A stretch of 64,000 bases of DNA from an uncultured Bacteriovoracaceae bacterium (GTDB lineage Bacteria; Bdellovibrionota; UBA1018; UBA923). Of the stretch, positions 1-9,238 are shown in pieces. The stretch's first letter is position 1. Every line of letters starts with the position of its first letter. A program made the translations under genes and the position numbers. The stretch covers positions 48,104 to 112,103 of the forward strand of contig CAZNGN010000005.1 of NCBI GenBank assembly GCA_964572865.1, in the 5' to 3' direction. The notes beneath the pieces were generated by a model. The model saw nothing but the letters and a program-made list of their open reading frames with translations, was not told the DNA's origin and searched no databases.

Positions 1-1181
1 GTTGATTCCACTAGAATCGATGCGTTGACTCGCGATAAGATTCCATATGAAATCGACAAACCCAATCCCATTCCTTTACCAACTTCTTTAGTAGTAAAAA
101 ATGGATTAAATATTTTAGAACGTACATGTTCAGGAATTCCACAACCATTGTCTTCGTATTGAACTTCGATCATGTGATCTGAAAGTTTTTTCGTACGAAT
201 TATGATTTTTCCCTCTTGTTCTTTTTTCATCTCAATGGCATCACGTGCATTGGTAGCCAAATTGATAAAAACTTGTTCAAATTGAAATGGATTACAATAA
301 ATACTCGGCAAGTCTCTTGTAAATTCTTTTTCAATTTTAATTCCGCGACTCTTTAATTGCTTATCTAGCATATAGAGTGACTCTTCAATGATTGTATGAA
401 TGTCTACAGTCTGAAAATCTTCAGTACTTTTTCTAGTAAAATTTCGTAAATGAGAAATGATTTTTTCCATTTTATCAGCGCCCGTTACGACTTCTTGCAA
501 GTATGAATTGGCATTTGCACGATTCATTTCATAACTATTTTGATCTTTTAAAATTGCGATCGTTTCTTGCGCAAAACCTTTAATCGCTGTGAGTGGCTGA
601 TTTAATTCGTGTGCGATGCCAGCGGCTAATTCGCCAAGAGCTGCGAGTTTTCCTGATTGAACTAATGTATCTTGCATTGACTTTAATTCAGCATTTGCTT
701 TTTCAAGTTGAACATACGCTTCACGCAATTCAGTGTGCTTCGTGATCAAGTCACGTTCCATATTCTTTTTCTCTGTTACGTCTCTCAATATGCACATTGC
801 TATTTTTGATTTTTTACGTTCAATTGTTTTAACAGACATACTTACAAAACGAGGATATTGATCTTTACGAACGATCACTACATCTTCAAAAAATCCTGAA
901 ATTTCTAATTGCTCATGTGAAAAAGCATGGCCTCTCATCGGAACTACTTTTGGATCAGGATACAGTGCTGCAATTGGCTGATGTTCAATTTCAGGTTTCA
1001 TAAAGCCTGTTAACTCTTCAAATGCACGATTTGCACGAGTTACTTCACCTTTTTCGACATCTACTACAATGATGGCATCAATTGCGTTTTCAAAAAGTTC
1101 TTCAAACTGAAATAGCTCTGCAAGCTTATTTTCAGGCTTTCTAAGTAAAACATCTTTGATTTTCACAGCGCGCAATTTCAA
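1..1181 (-). CDS. PAS-domain sensor histidine kinase (C-terminus cut by window edge; absent from ORF track)
   Basis: Own translation of the minus strand from TTG at 1179-1181, with GGAG 9 nt upstream overlapping the stop of the upstream gene. H-box [20 protein letters not shown]-box [12 protein letters not shown]1 EDNGCGIP, G2 [14 protein letters not shown]. The frame stays open to position 1. Confidence 0.85.
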   Translation of the reverse strand, partial: MKLRAVKIKDVLLRKPENKLAELFQFEELFENAIDAIIVVDVEKGEVTRANRAFEELTGFMKPEIEHQPIAALYPDPKVVPMRGHAFSHEQLEISGFFEDVVIVRKDQYPRFVSMSVKTIERKKSKIAMCILRDVTEKKNMERDLITKHTELREAYVQLEKANAELKSMQDTLVQSGKLAALGELAAGIAHELNQPLTAIKGFAQETIAILKDQNSYEMNRANANSYLQEVVTGADKMEKIISHLRNFTRKSTEDFQTVDIHTIIEESLYMLDKQLKSRGIKIEKEFTRDLPSIYCNPFQFEQVFINLATNARDAIEMKKEQEGKIIIRTKKLSDHMIEVQYEDNGCGIPEHVRSKIFNPFFTTKEVGKGMGLGLSISYGILSRVNASILVES

Positions 1182-1192
1182 AACAGTTTCTC

Positions 1193-2131
1193 CTACATAT
1201 ACACCGCTAATAGACTCGTAGCTTTTTTCATTTCACCTTGAGCCTTTGTTTTTATTTCTTCTAGATCTTTTTCGGTGAGATTTAAAACTTCATACATATA
1301 CTTTTGTAGTCCACCGTTTGAGTAATCCCCCGAATTTCCAAATTTTTCTGTTAAAATTAATGCATTTGCCAAAGTCACCATTTGAATGGCTGGCTTTTCT
1401 GACGGAAGAATTGAACTCATTTCTCTCACGTCATGATGGTGGTAACGAATGGCGTGTCTAATCACCAAAGGTAATGCCCATTTGGTAGCAATGTGCTCCC
1501 CTAAAAACGCATGTCCAGGCACATCTAATTCACGTTCAACATCTACAAAACTTTTATTTTCAGATCTTGCTTTTTTCACAACTGTAAAAAGCATATCTTG
1601 TGCAATCGTATACATTACGATTTTGCCAATATCGTGCAATAAACCGCACGTAAAAACTTCTTCTGGTTTAGGATACTTTGTGTATTTTGCGATGACTTCA
1701 CAATATACGGCAGTACCTAATGCGTGTTTCCAAAACGAAACCAATGGAAACTCTTCATTTTGATCAGATGGAAAAAGTGAAAAAACACTCATTCCCAAAA
1801 CCAATTGCGCAAGGGTATTAAAACCCAAATACGCCAATGCTCTTTTTACATCTGTTACTTCTCCTGGAATTCCATAATAAGGAGAATTAATTAACTTCAA
1901 AACTTTTGCAGTTAATACTTGGTCTTTTTTCAAAACCTCAGCAATATCTGCTGAACTAGAATTTGGATTATTAATGAGCTCATTTACTTTTGTCGCCACA
2001 ACCGGAAGTGTGGGAATATCATTGAGCTTTGTGAGTAATGTATTAAATCCTTTTGGTACAACAGTTAAATTAGCAGATGATTTTGCGGCTGTATTTGCAG
2101 TTTGTGACTTAGCTGAGCTGTCATTTTTCAT
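1193..2131 (-). CDS. HDOD-domain signalling protein
   Basis: 312 aa. HDOD-type core LPTLPVVATKVNELI...DQVLTAKVLKLINSPYYG and LLHDIGK. Its stop abuts the RBS and start of the downstream kinase, which indicates an operon. Confidence 0.8.
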   Translation of the reverse strand: MKNDSSAKSQTANTAAKSSANLTVVPKGFNTLLTKLNDIPTLPVVATKVNELINNPNSSSADIAEVLKKDQVLTAKVLKLINSPYYGIPGEVTDVKRALAYLGFNTLAQLVLGMSVFSLFPSDQNEEFPLVSFWKHALGTAVYCEVIAKYTKYPKPEEVFTCGLLHDIGKIVMYTIAQDMLFTVVKKARSENKSFVDVERELDVPGHAFLGEHIATKWALPLVIRHAIRYHHHDVREMSSILPSEKPAIQMVTLANALILTEKFGNSGDYSNGGLQKYMYEVLNLTEKDLEEIKTKAQGEMKKATSLLAVYM

Positions 2132-2216
2132 GAGCGTTTCCTTTCATCTCATGAACCTATCGGCACAACCTATGTCTCTTTTGACACGGAAAATTTTTCC
2201 GGATAAAAACTTCCCG

Positions 2217-2621
2217 TTAAATTGTATTTACTAGTTTAGATTTAATGATTTGTTTATCACATGTGGCCAGTTTAGCATCAATGTGATTAGCCGTTGCTAC
2301 GATTATACGATCCGCAGGATCTTTATGCTCCCATTTTAAAACGGTTGCGCTATAAGAAATTGGTATATTCACATCGATACACTCAATTTCGTTCTGTTTT
2401 AATGAATCTTCAATCCATACTTGAGCTGGCCTATCCAACAGTATAAAATCTTTCTTTATGAGCATGAATATTTCCCAAGCTGTTATTGCTGAAATGAATA
2501 ATTTTATTTTTGAATTTTTAAATTCATTTTCAATATTTTTAGGGATTTCATCACCATTACTGAGCCATAAGAAAACATGAGTATCTAATACAATATTCAT
2601 GGACTTTAAGCTAATTCCCAA
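2217..2621 (-). CDS. vapC: PIN-domain toxin (VapC-like)
   Basis: 134 aa. N-terminal VLDTHVFLW PIN acidic motif and C-terminal DPADRIIVATA. Overlaps the upstream small ORF by 16 nt. Confidence 0.75.
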   Translation of the reverse strand: MGISLKSMNIVLDTHVFLWLSNGDEIPKNIENEFKNSKIKLFISAITAWEIFMLIKKDFILLDRPAQVWIEDSLKQNEIECIDVNIPISYSATVLKWEHKDPADRIIVATANHIDAKLATCDKQIIKSKLVNTI

Positions 2622-2839
2622 TCTTTAGACTGGTTAATAGAAATAATGTCTTTCAGCTTATAAGTTACACTTCCCTTTAGCGGTTTTGATTTTTCCATAT
2701 ATTCGGGGGTGCATACGATCGCAACCACTTTGCCATGTTTCATGAGCTCTATTGGGGATGACTGCAATTGCTCACTACGAATGAGTTCTAAGCATTTTCT
2801 CTTAAATTCTGTTACCTGAAATTTACGTGAGTTCTTCAT
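2606..2839 (-). CDS. Type II antitoxin partner of the PIN toxin (Phd/YefM-like suspected)
   Basis: 77 aa. Lies immediately upstream of, and overlaps, the PIN toxin gene. A palindromic operator sits upstream. Confidence 0.6.
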   Translation of the reverse strand: MKNSRKFQVTEFKRKCLELIRSEQLQSSPIELMKHGKVVAIVCTPEYMEKSKPLKGSVTYKLKDIISINQSKDWELA

Positions 2840-2845
2840 AAATTC

Positions 2846-2880
2846 AGTATATCAAAATTATGACCATTTACAATGGTCAT
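2846..2880 (-). promoter_or_regulatory. Toxin-antitoxin promoter with overlapping palindromic operator
   Basis: Perfect palindrome ATGACCATT-TAC-AATGGTCAT at 2860-2880. It overlaps a minus-strand TTGTAA (-35, 2868-2873), 16-nt spacer, TATACT (-10, 2846-2851) promoter just upstream of the antitoxin start at 2839. Confidence 0.45.
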
Positions 2881-3022
2881 TTATATTTTAAGCATATGTA
2901 CAAAATATACACAGACAATTTTGAGCAAAAAGTATACGATATTAGGTGATTAATATTTTCAAATTCAACCAAGTATCTGTATTTATAGTATAATTTTACA
3001 TATCTAACCAATTAACAACACT

Positions 3023-3038
3023 TGGCATTAACCTTGCT
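3023..3038 (+). promoter_or_regulatory. Sigma-54 (-24/-12) promoter candidate
   Basis: TGGCAT-TAACC-TTGCT. The GG and GC are spaced exactly as in the TGGCAC-N5-TTGCW consensus. Lies 98 nt upstream of the ATG at 3136. Confidence 0.55.
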
Positions 3039-3135
3039 CATAGGGTGTTTGCCTTTTGTGAGAAAGGTAAGCATAAATGAAGGATCATCGTGCTTGTGGT
3101 GAATTATTAACATCCCTTATTGGGAGGATATTATT

Positions 3136-3483
3136 ATGAAAAAGCGAATCAAGCGAAAACAGAACCTAGTTAGAGCGGTTATCTTCACAATGATTGCAGG
3201 ATTACCTGCGGTTGTAGCAAGTGTACCTAAATCTACAACCAAGAACGATGCAGCTCTTTATCAAAACTTACAAGAATTAAGAATTAGCAAAGAATCATCT
3301 ATTGATTTCGATAAAGACATTGAAAGATTATCTGCTCAAGAAAAATCACACAGAAGAGCATTACCATTACGAGTTTCTGCGCCAATGGAACGAGTAATGA
3401 AAAGCCCTTATAAGCCGAGTAAATCTTTAAAAACTAAAATTGAATCACGAAGAAATGCTGATTCAAAATTAGAAAGCTTATAG
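3136..3483 (+). CDS. Hypothetical small secreted or membrane-anchored protein
   Basis: 115 aa. Basic N-terminus plus a hydrophobic segment (VIFTMIAGLPAVVASV). GGGAGG RBS. No recognisable domain. Confidence 0.5.
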   Translation: MKKRIKRKQNLVRAVIFTMIAGLPAVVASVPKSTTKNDAALYQNLQELRISKESSIDFDKDIERLSAQEKSHRRALPLRVSAPMERVMKSPYKPSKSLKTKIESRRNADSKLESL

Positions 3484-3594
3484 CAGCAGAGTTTGACACC
3501 ACAGAAGCGGCAAATTGCAAGTCTACTCCTCTCTCTCTCTCTAGCGTGACGGATTTACGCAATTCTTATGATTTGTCGCTTTATGCCCGAAAGA

Positions 3595-3633
3595 GCGGTT
3601 GTGTAACATTACACAGCCGCTTTTTGGTTTTTT
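3595..3633 (+). terminator. Rho-independent terminator
   Basis: Stem GCGGTTGTGT/ACACAGCCGC (one G-U pair) followed by TTTTTGGTTTTTT. Sits between convergent genes. Confidence 0.55.
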
Positions 3634-3638
3634 AGAGT

Positions 3639-4634
3639 TTAAATTTCAAACCACTTATCAATTATTTTTTCACAATGTTGAAGATAGGCAGAATCTGGTT
3701 TGTGCGATACTTCTTTAATACTATCTAATATCATTGGTTTTAATTTTTTCTTAGTATCTATATCTATATGCTTCGTAAAAATTAATTTAACCGCAGTTAA
3801 AACGTCTTCATTATTATAAGGAACTTCAGGATAATTTTTTTGGATAAACATAATGTACTCAGCCAAACGATCGGCAGCACGCTGCAACTGCTTTGAATCA
3901 TCAAACCGATTCATAATAATATCGTAACTATCTTTCATTACAACCCGCATTCCAGCTACCACATTGTTAACAGAACCACGAGCAGTCGTTTGATTGATTG
4001 TAAACTTCGTTTGCATACCTTTATAAATATCATCTAAAACTTTTAATTGATCGTCTTTACGAATTAAACTTTTTCCTTCACGAACTCGATATCCAATCAT
4101 GCGAAATTTAGATGAAAGATAATCTTGAAAAGGAGCTGTAATTGCAACAAACAAAGTCCAAGTTACAGGAGTTAAAATATAAGGCACATATTTTGGAATT
4201 CCATGAATATTTGAAAGTCCATAACCTGCCATTAAAGATGCCAATGCAGCCGATACGATATAGGTATTACCGATTACAGCCTTAACAAATTTATCTGCTT
4301 TTGCTGGTACACGTTTAAATATTTCTGGAGTTGTTTCTTCTAAACTTTTTTGAACAATTTGAGTTACTTCTTCAGCCCTACAAATATTTTTTGATTTGCA
4401 ATATTTGAAAACATTTTTTTTAACGCGTTTTTGATAAAATTGAAAAGCCTTCTGTTTTAACCATTGATCAGCGTTATGAATTTCTTCATCTACTCGTGCT
4501 TGAATAAAATAACTTAATTGTTCATCTGAATGCAAATTTAATTCGCAACCGTCATCTGCATATAAAAGACTGGTTTGAATTAAAAATACAACTGCAATTA
4601 AAAACGAAATTCGATTTATAATCGACTGATTCAT
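3639..4634 (-). CDS. Hypothetical membrane protein
   Basis: 331 aa. N-terminal signal or anchor (ISFLIAVVFLIQTSLLYA) and two central hydrophobic segments. No recognisable domain. Downstream of the HD gene on the same strand. Confidence 0.5.
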   Translation of the reverse strand: MNQSIINRISFLIAVVFLIQTSLLYADDGCELNLHSDEQLSYFIQARVDEEIHNADQWLKQKAFQFYQKRVKKNVFKYCKSKNICRAEEVTQIVQKSLEETTPEIFKRVPAKADKFVKAVIGNTYIVSAALASLMAGYGLSNIHGIPKYVPYILTPVTWTLFVAITAPFQDYLSSKFRMIGYRVREGKSLIRKDDQLKVLDDIYKGMQTKFTINQTTARGSVNNVVAGMRVVMKDSYDIIMNRFDDSKQLQRAADRLAEYIMFIQKNYPEVPYNNEDVLTAVKLIFTKHIDIDTKKKLKPMILDSIKEVSHKPDSAYLQHCEKIIDKWFEI

Positions 4635-4687
4635 GCTCTATCTATGTTATAAGATTTGATTTCAGAGCACTACTAGGCAGTTTTTAA

Positions 4688-5986
4688 CTACTCATTGGAA
4701 ACGTATATTCGAGTAATCGAACGATTTTCTGAATACCGATTAAACAAATCAGTACATTGTTCTAATGGAATATACTGAATGGGATTATATTTATCGTCAT
4801 ACCGAACAAAAATAGGCATTTTCTCTTCTTTTTTAACATAACGAGAAAGCTCACTAGTGGTCGTTTTAAAAATAAAATCAGTATTTTTTTGTTTTAATTG
4901 TGCCGTAATTTCTTCAAGTTGTTTTTTTTGTTTTTCAGCGTGTGCCTTTCCTAACGGAATTGCTGAATGAAATTCAACTAACATTTTATATGCATTCTTA
5001 TGATACACACGCTTTGCCCATTCATTTTTAGAAGAAGCTAAATGTGTATATAAATGATAGTCATCATAATAAATATATTTTTCAATATCAGATGGAATTT
5101 CATAATTACATTCTTTATCTCGCAAATACTTAGCAAGCATTTCATCATAAATGACTGCTTTGTGATGAAAATAAACCATTGAGAACATGTGAAAACGAGA
5201 AATCAAAAAATCATCAAACGTATATAAAGCTCTGTGCTTTAAAGCTAAATACGTTTTATTTTGATCAATATGGTACGTAAGATTTGAAATTAGCCAATCG
5301 TGGTCAAATTTACCGTAGCTCACTCCACAATAAAAAGAATCACGAATGAGATAATCCATACGGTCAACATCAATTTCTGAAGAAACCATTTGGTGTAAAA
5401 TAGGTCTAAAATCAATTCCGTCTACTTTAAAAAAATCATCGGGGCAATACACAGATTCATTGATGATGCATGCAATGTGAATCGGCTTAATTCCTAAACT
5501 CTGAAATGATTTTTCAATCACTGGGCTCATTGATGATTGTAGGATAATTTTTAACGTATAATCTTCATGGTTGGCTTGTCTTGGTTCAGCAAATGCACAA
5601 TAACTATTTGGTTCGCAGGCGATAGATTGCAAACCTAATCTTTCTATCAATGGCATTGCAAATTCAGTAGTGTGCGATAATGGCCCGTGCCCTACATCGT
5701 GAAGCATTGCTGCTAATCGAACCGATGCTTTTAGTCTTGCAGCTATTTTGTTAAAATTCTTAGATACTCTTTCAGGATTTGAAAATATTTGATCGAAAAC
5801 ACGAGAGGCAGTATGAAGCGCACCTAATGAATGTATATATCGATTGTGAGTAGCACCTGGATATGAATTTTCACTAAATCCAAGTTGTTTAATGTTTCGC
5901 AATCTTTGAAAAAATGGGGAATCAATAATACGAACTTCTTCATCGCTTACTTCGATTGTTCCATGAATGACGTCACGTATTTCCAA
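4688..5986 (-). CDS. HD-domain dNTP triphosphohydrolase-like protein (dGTPase/SAMHD1 superfamily)
   Basis: 432 aa. THNRYIHSLG...AAMLHDVGHGPLSH...DVDRMDYLIRD motif series typical of HD dNTPase-like enzymes. TTG start. Confidence 0.75.
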   Translation of the reverse strand: MEIRDVIHGTIEVSDEEVRIIDSPFFQRLRNIKQLGFSENSYPGATHNRYIHSLGALHTASRVFDQIFSNPERVSKNFNKIAARLKASVRLAAMLHDVGHGPLSHTTEFAMPLIERLGLQSIACEPNSYCAFAEPRQANHEDYTLKIILQSSMSPVIEKSFQSLGIKPIHIACIINESVYCPDDFFKVDGIDFRPILHQMVSSEIDVDRMDYLIRDSFYCGVSYGKFDHDWLISNLTYHIDQNKTYLALKHRALYTFDDFLISRFHMFSMVYFHHKAVIYDEMLAKYLRDKECNYEIPSDIEKYIYYDDYHLYTHLASSKNEWAKRVYHKNAYKMLVEFHSAIPLGKAHAEKQKKQLEEITAQLKQKNTDFIFKTTTSELSRYVKKEEKMPIFVRYDDKYNPIQYIPLEQCTDLFNRYSENRSITRIYVSNE

Positions 5987-6011
5987 TTTATTCCTCGTTT
6001 AATCAATGCTT

Positions 6012-6049
6012 AAAAAAAAACCGGCGCTTGAGTTCTTCTCAAACGCCGG
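6012..6049 (-). terminator. Rho-independent terminator of the histone-like gene
   Basis: On the minus strand: 12-bp GC-rich stem CCGGCGTTTGAG/CTCAAGCGCCGG (one mismatch) followed by a T9 run. Confidence 0.8.
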
Positions 6050-6089
6050 CCGAAATTGATTTCATTCATTCGTTGAATGAAAGTTTAAA

Positions 6090-6410
6090 TTACTCTTCTG
6101 TTCCGTAATCAGAGTAGCTTGAACCGCCACCGCCGTATGAATAAGAAGATCCGATTGCTGCTCCTGCAATTCCACCTGCTAGTCCAGCTAATGCTGCTGT
6201 ACCGTATTTAGCAGTTTTAGAAACCGATTTAGTAGAAGCTTTTTTAGTAGCAGGTTTTTTAGCTGCGGCTTTTTTCTTTGGAGCTGATTTTTTTGCAGCT
6301 TTTTTAGTTGGTTTTCTTTTTGCTGCAGCTTTCTTTTTAGGTGCTGCTTTTTTCTTTGCTACTTTTTTTGCAGGTTTTTTAGCTGCTTTTTTTGCTTTCT
6401 TTTTTGCCAT
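6090..6410 (-). CDS. Lys/Ala-rich histone-H1-like polycationic protein with a Gly-zipper and Ser/Tyr/Gly tail
   Basis: 106 aa. The first ~65 aa are almost only K/A/P (AKKAAKKPAKKVAKKKAAPKKK...). The tail is TAALAGLAGGIAGAAIGSSYSYGGGGSSYSDYGTEE. Strong AAGGAG RBS and a strong terminator. Confidence 0.6.
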   Translation of the reverse strand: MAKKKAKKAAKKPAKKVAKKKAAPKKKAAAKRKPTKKAAKKSAPKKKAAAKKPATKKASTKSVSKTAKYGTAALAGLAGGIAGAAIGSSYSYGGGGSSYSDYGTEE

Positions 6411-6540
6411 GACCAGACTCCTTTAAAATCGGTGAATGAGATTGATATACATTTAAAAACTGTATTAGAAAAATTCACATACATGCTCATTCTTTGCAAT
6501 TAAAAACTGCGATATTTTTAGCGAAAAAATAGAGGAATTT

Positions 6541-8487
6541 TTAGTGTTGAACTTTTGACGCTTCCGCTTTTTCACCGCGTAAATCAAATCCATTTGAAAT
6601 TTTAAGCACCGCAGACATTGGAATTAGCTTTACTGAATAACCATCACGGCCTGCTTCATAGTAATTTTTGTCGTAAATTGTCGAAAATGAGGTTGCAAGC
6701 TTTCTAGATTGCGATGGGTCAATGATTTTACCCTTCACATTTGGTCTTGAAATTGAAGATGTTTCAAAAACTTTTCGATGAAACGGGTCTTCAATTTGTG
6801 CAACAGTATAATTATTTTTTTGACGCAAAGTGCCTACAAGGCCATCTAATTTATCAAGCAAGTACTTTGACACGTCTACCTTTAATTGATCGACAGCATT
6901 ACCTGTAGTTCCTGCTTGTGAGAAGCTAATGTTATTTTGGATTTCTTCTTTAATTTTATCTTTCAAATCTGCCACAGATGCAGTTGATGATATCATAGGC
7001 GCCCAAGCAGTATAAACATCATTTCTATTTGCAGAACTAAAATAACGAATCATTCCCTTATCTGGCGTATCCGATTCAACATCTACAGGAATATTATATT
7101 TTCCTACTTCATATTCATCCGGAAATTTTGCGGCTAATTCCATTAACTGAAATGTTTTATAATCAATGAACTGTTGGTTTTGGCCCGGAGCTAAAATTTT
7201 TGAAAAACTTTCTAATACTCCCCAGCTGTCATACGCATAATCTTCATCAAGTCTTAAGTATGCGACATTAATATTTTGCGATGAACCATTTATTAAAATA
7301 CTTCTACGTTTGGTAACATCTTCGTCTTTTAAAACAGGACCAATTCGTGAACCAAAAGGCCTTGCCGCAGCATACGCTGTTAATGTAATTCCTTCTGGAT
7401 CAGGTGAACCTTTTGGAAAAGGATTGAAAAGCAACCTTGCTTTCGCTTGAGCTTTGATAGAATAAAAAACTTGCTGAGGCGAATTTTCTTGAACATACAC
7501 TCCCACTATTGGTCTTGCATTGATTAAATACATTGTTAAATCACAAGTTGTACCATTCACATTAAATAAAGTTGCTGGAACTGTTATTTGTGGCTCTATC
7601 TTATTTATAAATAGCATTGCGGGTGGCATTAATTCTTTCATTTGAATTTGATCAAAAACTTTTGAATTTAAATTACCTTGCAAAGTTTTGAAAGCTAGAA
7701 CCGTGCGTTCTGTTTTTGCTACATCTGGTACTGTTTCTAAATTATTAAGTGTATTTGCATTCACATCTTTAGCTTGTTCATTGATAAAGCTTCTCATTGT
7801 TTCGATTCGATTATAATTTAATAAATTTTCAACGACCAATCCATATCCTTTGATCATTCCGCTTACATCTGCATTTGTGTTTAACTTTCCATCTTCTTCT
7901 GTTGCATATAGCCAATTCAGTGCCACTTCGACATTGAGATATGTACCAGCTCCACATACATCTTTTTGTATTTGTTGAATTTGTGTTGCTGCCTGAGTTA
8001 CAATTCCACAAATTGGATCAATCGGAAAACAACCAGTGGGTGGTGTCACTAACCGAACTGACTGAGCTAACTGACAAGCATTAGAAGACTGAGAAAGATT
8101 AATACATACAACCGGAGCTCCCGCAAAGTTAGAGTTTGCGTTTTTAAAATCAAATGCATCTTGATCACTAAAAGGATTACATCCAGACCCTGAGTTACCA
8201 CCTGCATTTGGGTGTGGAAAACATTTTAAAGAATAATTTCCACCCACATACTGTCGAGCGATAAATTTTTTATACGCCTGTCTCATTTGATAGTTAATGT
8301 GTGAAATTGTTGTCATTTGACGAGCTTGTGTGGCGGCACCTGCATATGCTGCAAGATCGGCAGCATTTTGTAGTGCAATTTTTGCGTTCACAAGCATTCC
8401 CATATTCACTACAAACGTGAATAAAATAAACAAGGGTAATAAACTAAAAACGACAAGAACACTGATTTGTCCTGCGCGTTTTTTCAT
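6541..8487 (-). CDS. TadE/TadG-like N-terminal domain protein (large, secreted)
   Basis: 648 aa. N-terminus KRAGQISVLVVFSLLPLFILFTFVVNMGMLVNAKIALQNAADLAAYAGA matches the Tad/Flp pilus-associated TadG-type signature as I recall it. The rest is unrecognised. Confidence 0.55.
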   Translation of the reverse strand: MKKRAGQISVLVVFSLLPLFILFTFVVNMGMLVNAKIALQNAADLAAYAGAATQARQMTTISHINYQMRQAYKKFIARQYVGGNYSLKCFPHPNAGGNSGSGCNPFSDQDAFDFKNANSNFAGAPVVCINLSQSSNACQLAQSVRLVTPPTGCFPIDPICGIVTQAATQIQQIQKDVCGAGTYLNVEVALNWLYATEEDGKLNTNADVSGMIKGYGLVVENLLNYNRIETMRSFINEQAKDVNANTLNNLETVPDVAKTERTVLAFKTLQGNLNSKVFDQIQMKELMPPAMLFINKIEPQITVPATLFNVNGTTCDLTMYLINARPIVGVYVQENSPQQVFYSIKAQAKARLLFNPFPKGSPDPEGITLTAYAAARPFGSRIGPVLKDEDVTKRRSILINGSSQNINVAYLRLDEDYAYDSWGVLESFSKILAPGQNQQFIDYKTFQLMELAAKFPDEYEVGKYNIPVDVESDTPDKGMIRYFSSANRNDVYTAWAPMISSTASVADLKDKIKEEIQNNISFSQAGTTGNAVDQLKVDVSKYLLDKLDGLVGTLRQKNNYTVAQIEDPFHRKVFETSSISRPNVKGKIIDPSQSRKLATSFSTIYDKNYYEAGRDGYSVKLIPMSAVLKISNGFDLRGEKAEASKVQH

Positions 8488-9218
8488 GTAGAGAGTAACT
8501 CCTGCAAAGATTTGAAATCACCATGCCACGCAGGTGCCGATCCATTTTCAACTTGGATTGGATGAATTCCAGATTTTTTTCCAACAATATATACTGCAAT
8601 TCCTGCTTTCACTGCAGGGTAATCGTTTTTCATATCGTTACCAATCAACAAGCAATCTTGAGGTTGCATACCTTCTTGCGATAAAATTTCTTGATAGTAC
8701 TGAAGGTCTGGCTTACATGAATGCATTTTTTTAGCATGAGTAATAGATTTAAAAATGGCTGGATCAATTCCTGCCCAACGCACTCGCATTTCAATGATTT
8801 CTTGAGGCCATACAGGATTGGTCGCTAAAATGAGCGGATAGCGCTTATGTGCCCAATCTAAAAATTCGCGCGCACCTTTAATGGGATAAAAATAAAGTTT
8901 AAGTGATGGAAAAACCACAGACATCATATCAACTAAAACTTTTTCTGATTGTTCGAAAGGCATTTTTAATGCTTGAGCAATTGCATTCGTTGCTTTATCC
9001 GCATTTGTTTTATCGACCGTAAATTTTTTCATCGAAAATGTTTTTTGAAGAGCATTCATTGCTTTCAAAGAATTCGACCAACCATTTTGTTTTCGAAGGT
9101 GCCAAAGTGTTTTGCGTATGAATCGAGCGTGCGCTAAAAAATTATACGCACCGAGCAGCGTGCCATCTAAATCAACTAAAAGAGTTTTAGCGTTGTATTT
9201 CACTTCGGTTTCTCCCAA
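8484..9218 (-). CDS. HAD-superfamily hydrolase
   Basis: 244 aa. Motif I LVDLDGTLL and motif IV IGNDMKND. 4-nt overlap with the downstream TadG-like gene. Confidence 0.7.
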   Translation of the reverse strand: MGETEVKYNAKTLLVDLDGTLLGAYNFLAHARFIRKTLWHLRKQNGWSNSLKAMNALQKTFSMKKFTVDKTNADKATNAIAQALKMPFEQSEKVLVDMMSVVFPSLKLYFYPIKGAREFLDWAHKRYPLILATNPVWPQEIIEMRVRWAGIDPAIFKSITHAKKMHSCKPDLQYYQEILSQEGMQPQDCLLIGNDMKNDYPAVKAGIAVYIVGKKSGIHPIQVENGSAPAWHGDFKSLQELLST

Positions 9219-9238
9219 AAAAAAGATATCATAAATGT

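Noticed and set aside
2187-2201. Palindrome CGGAAAA-T-TTTTCCG downstream of vapC, considered as a terminator or as a plus-strand promoter (TTGACA-17-TAAAAA).
   Set aside because: The stem is short and AT-rich with no following T-run on the minus strand. No plus-strand gene lies downstream of the putative promoter.
3529-3542. (CT)7 microsatellite considered as a phase-variation switch.
   Set aside because: It lies in the 3' region between convergent genes, not in a promoter spacer or coding frame. No obvious on/off consequence follows, so it is only mentioned within the finding on that locus.
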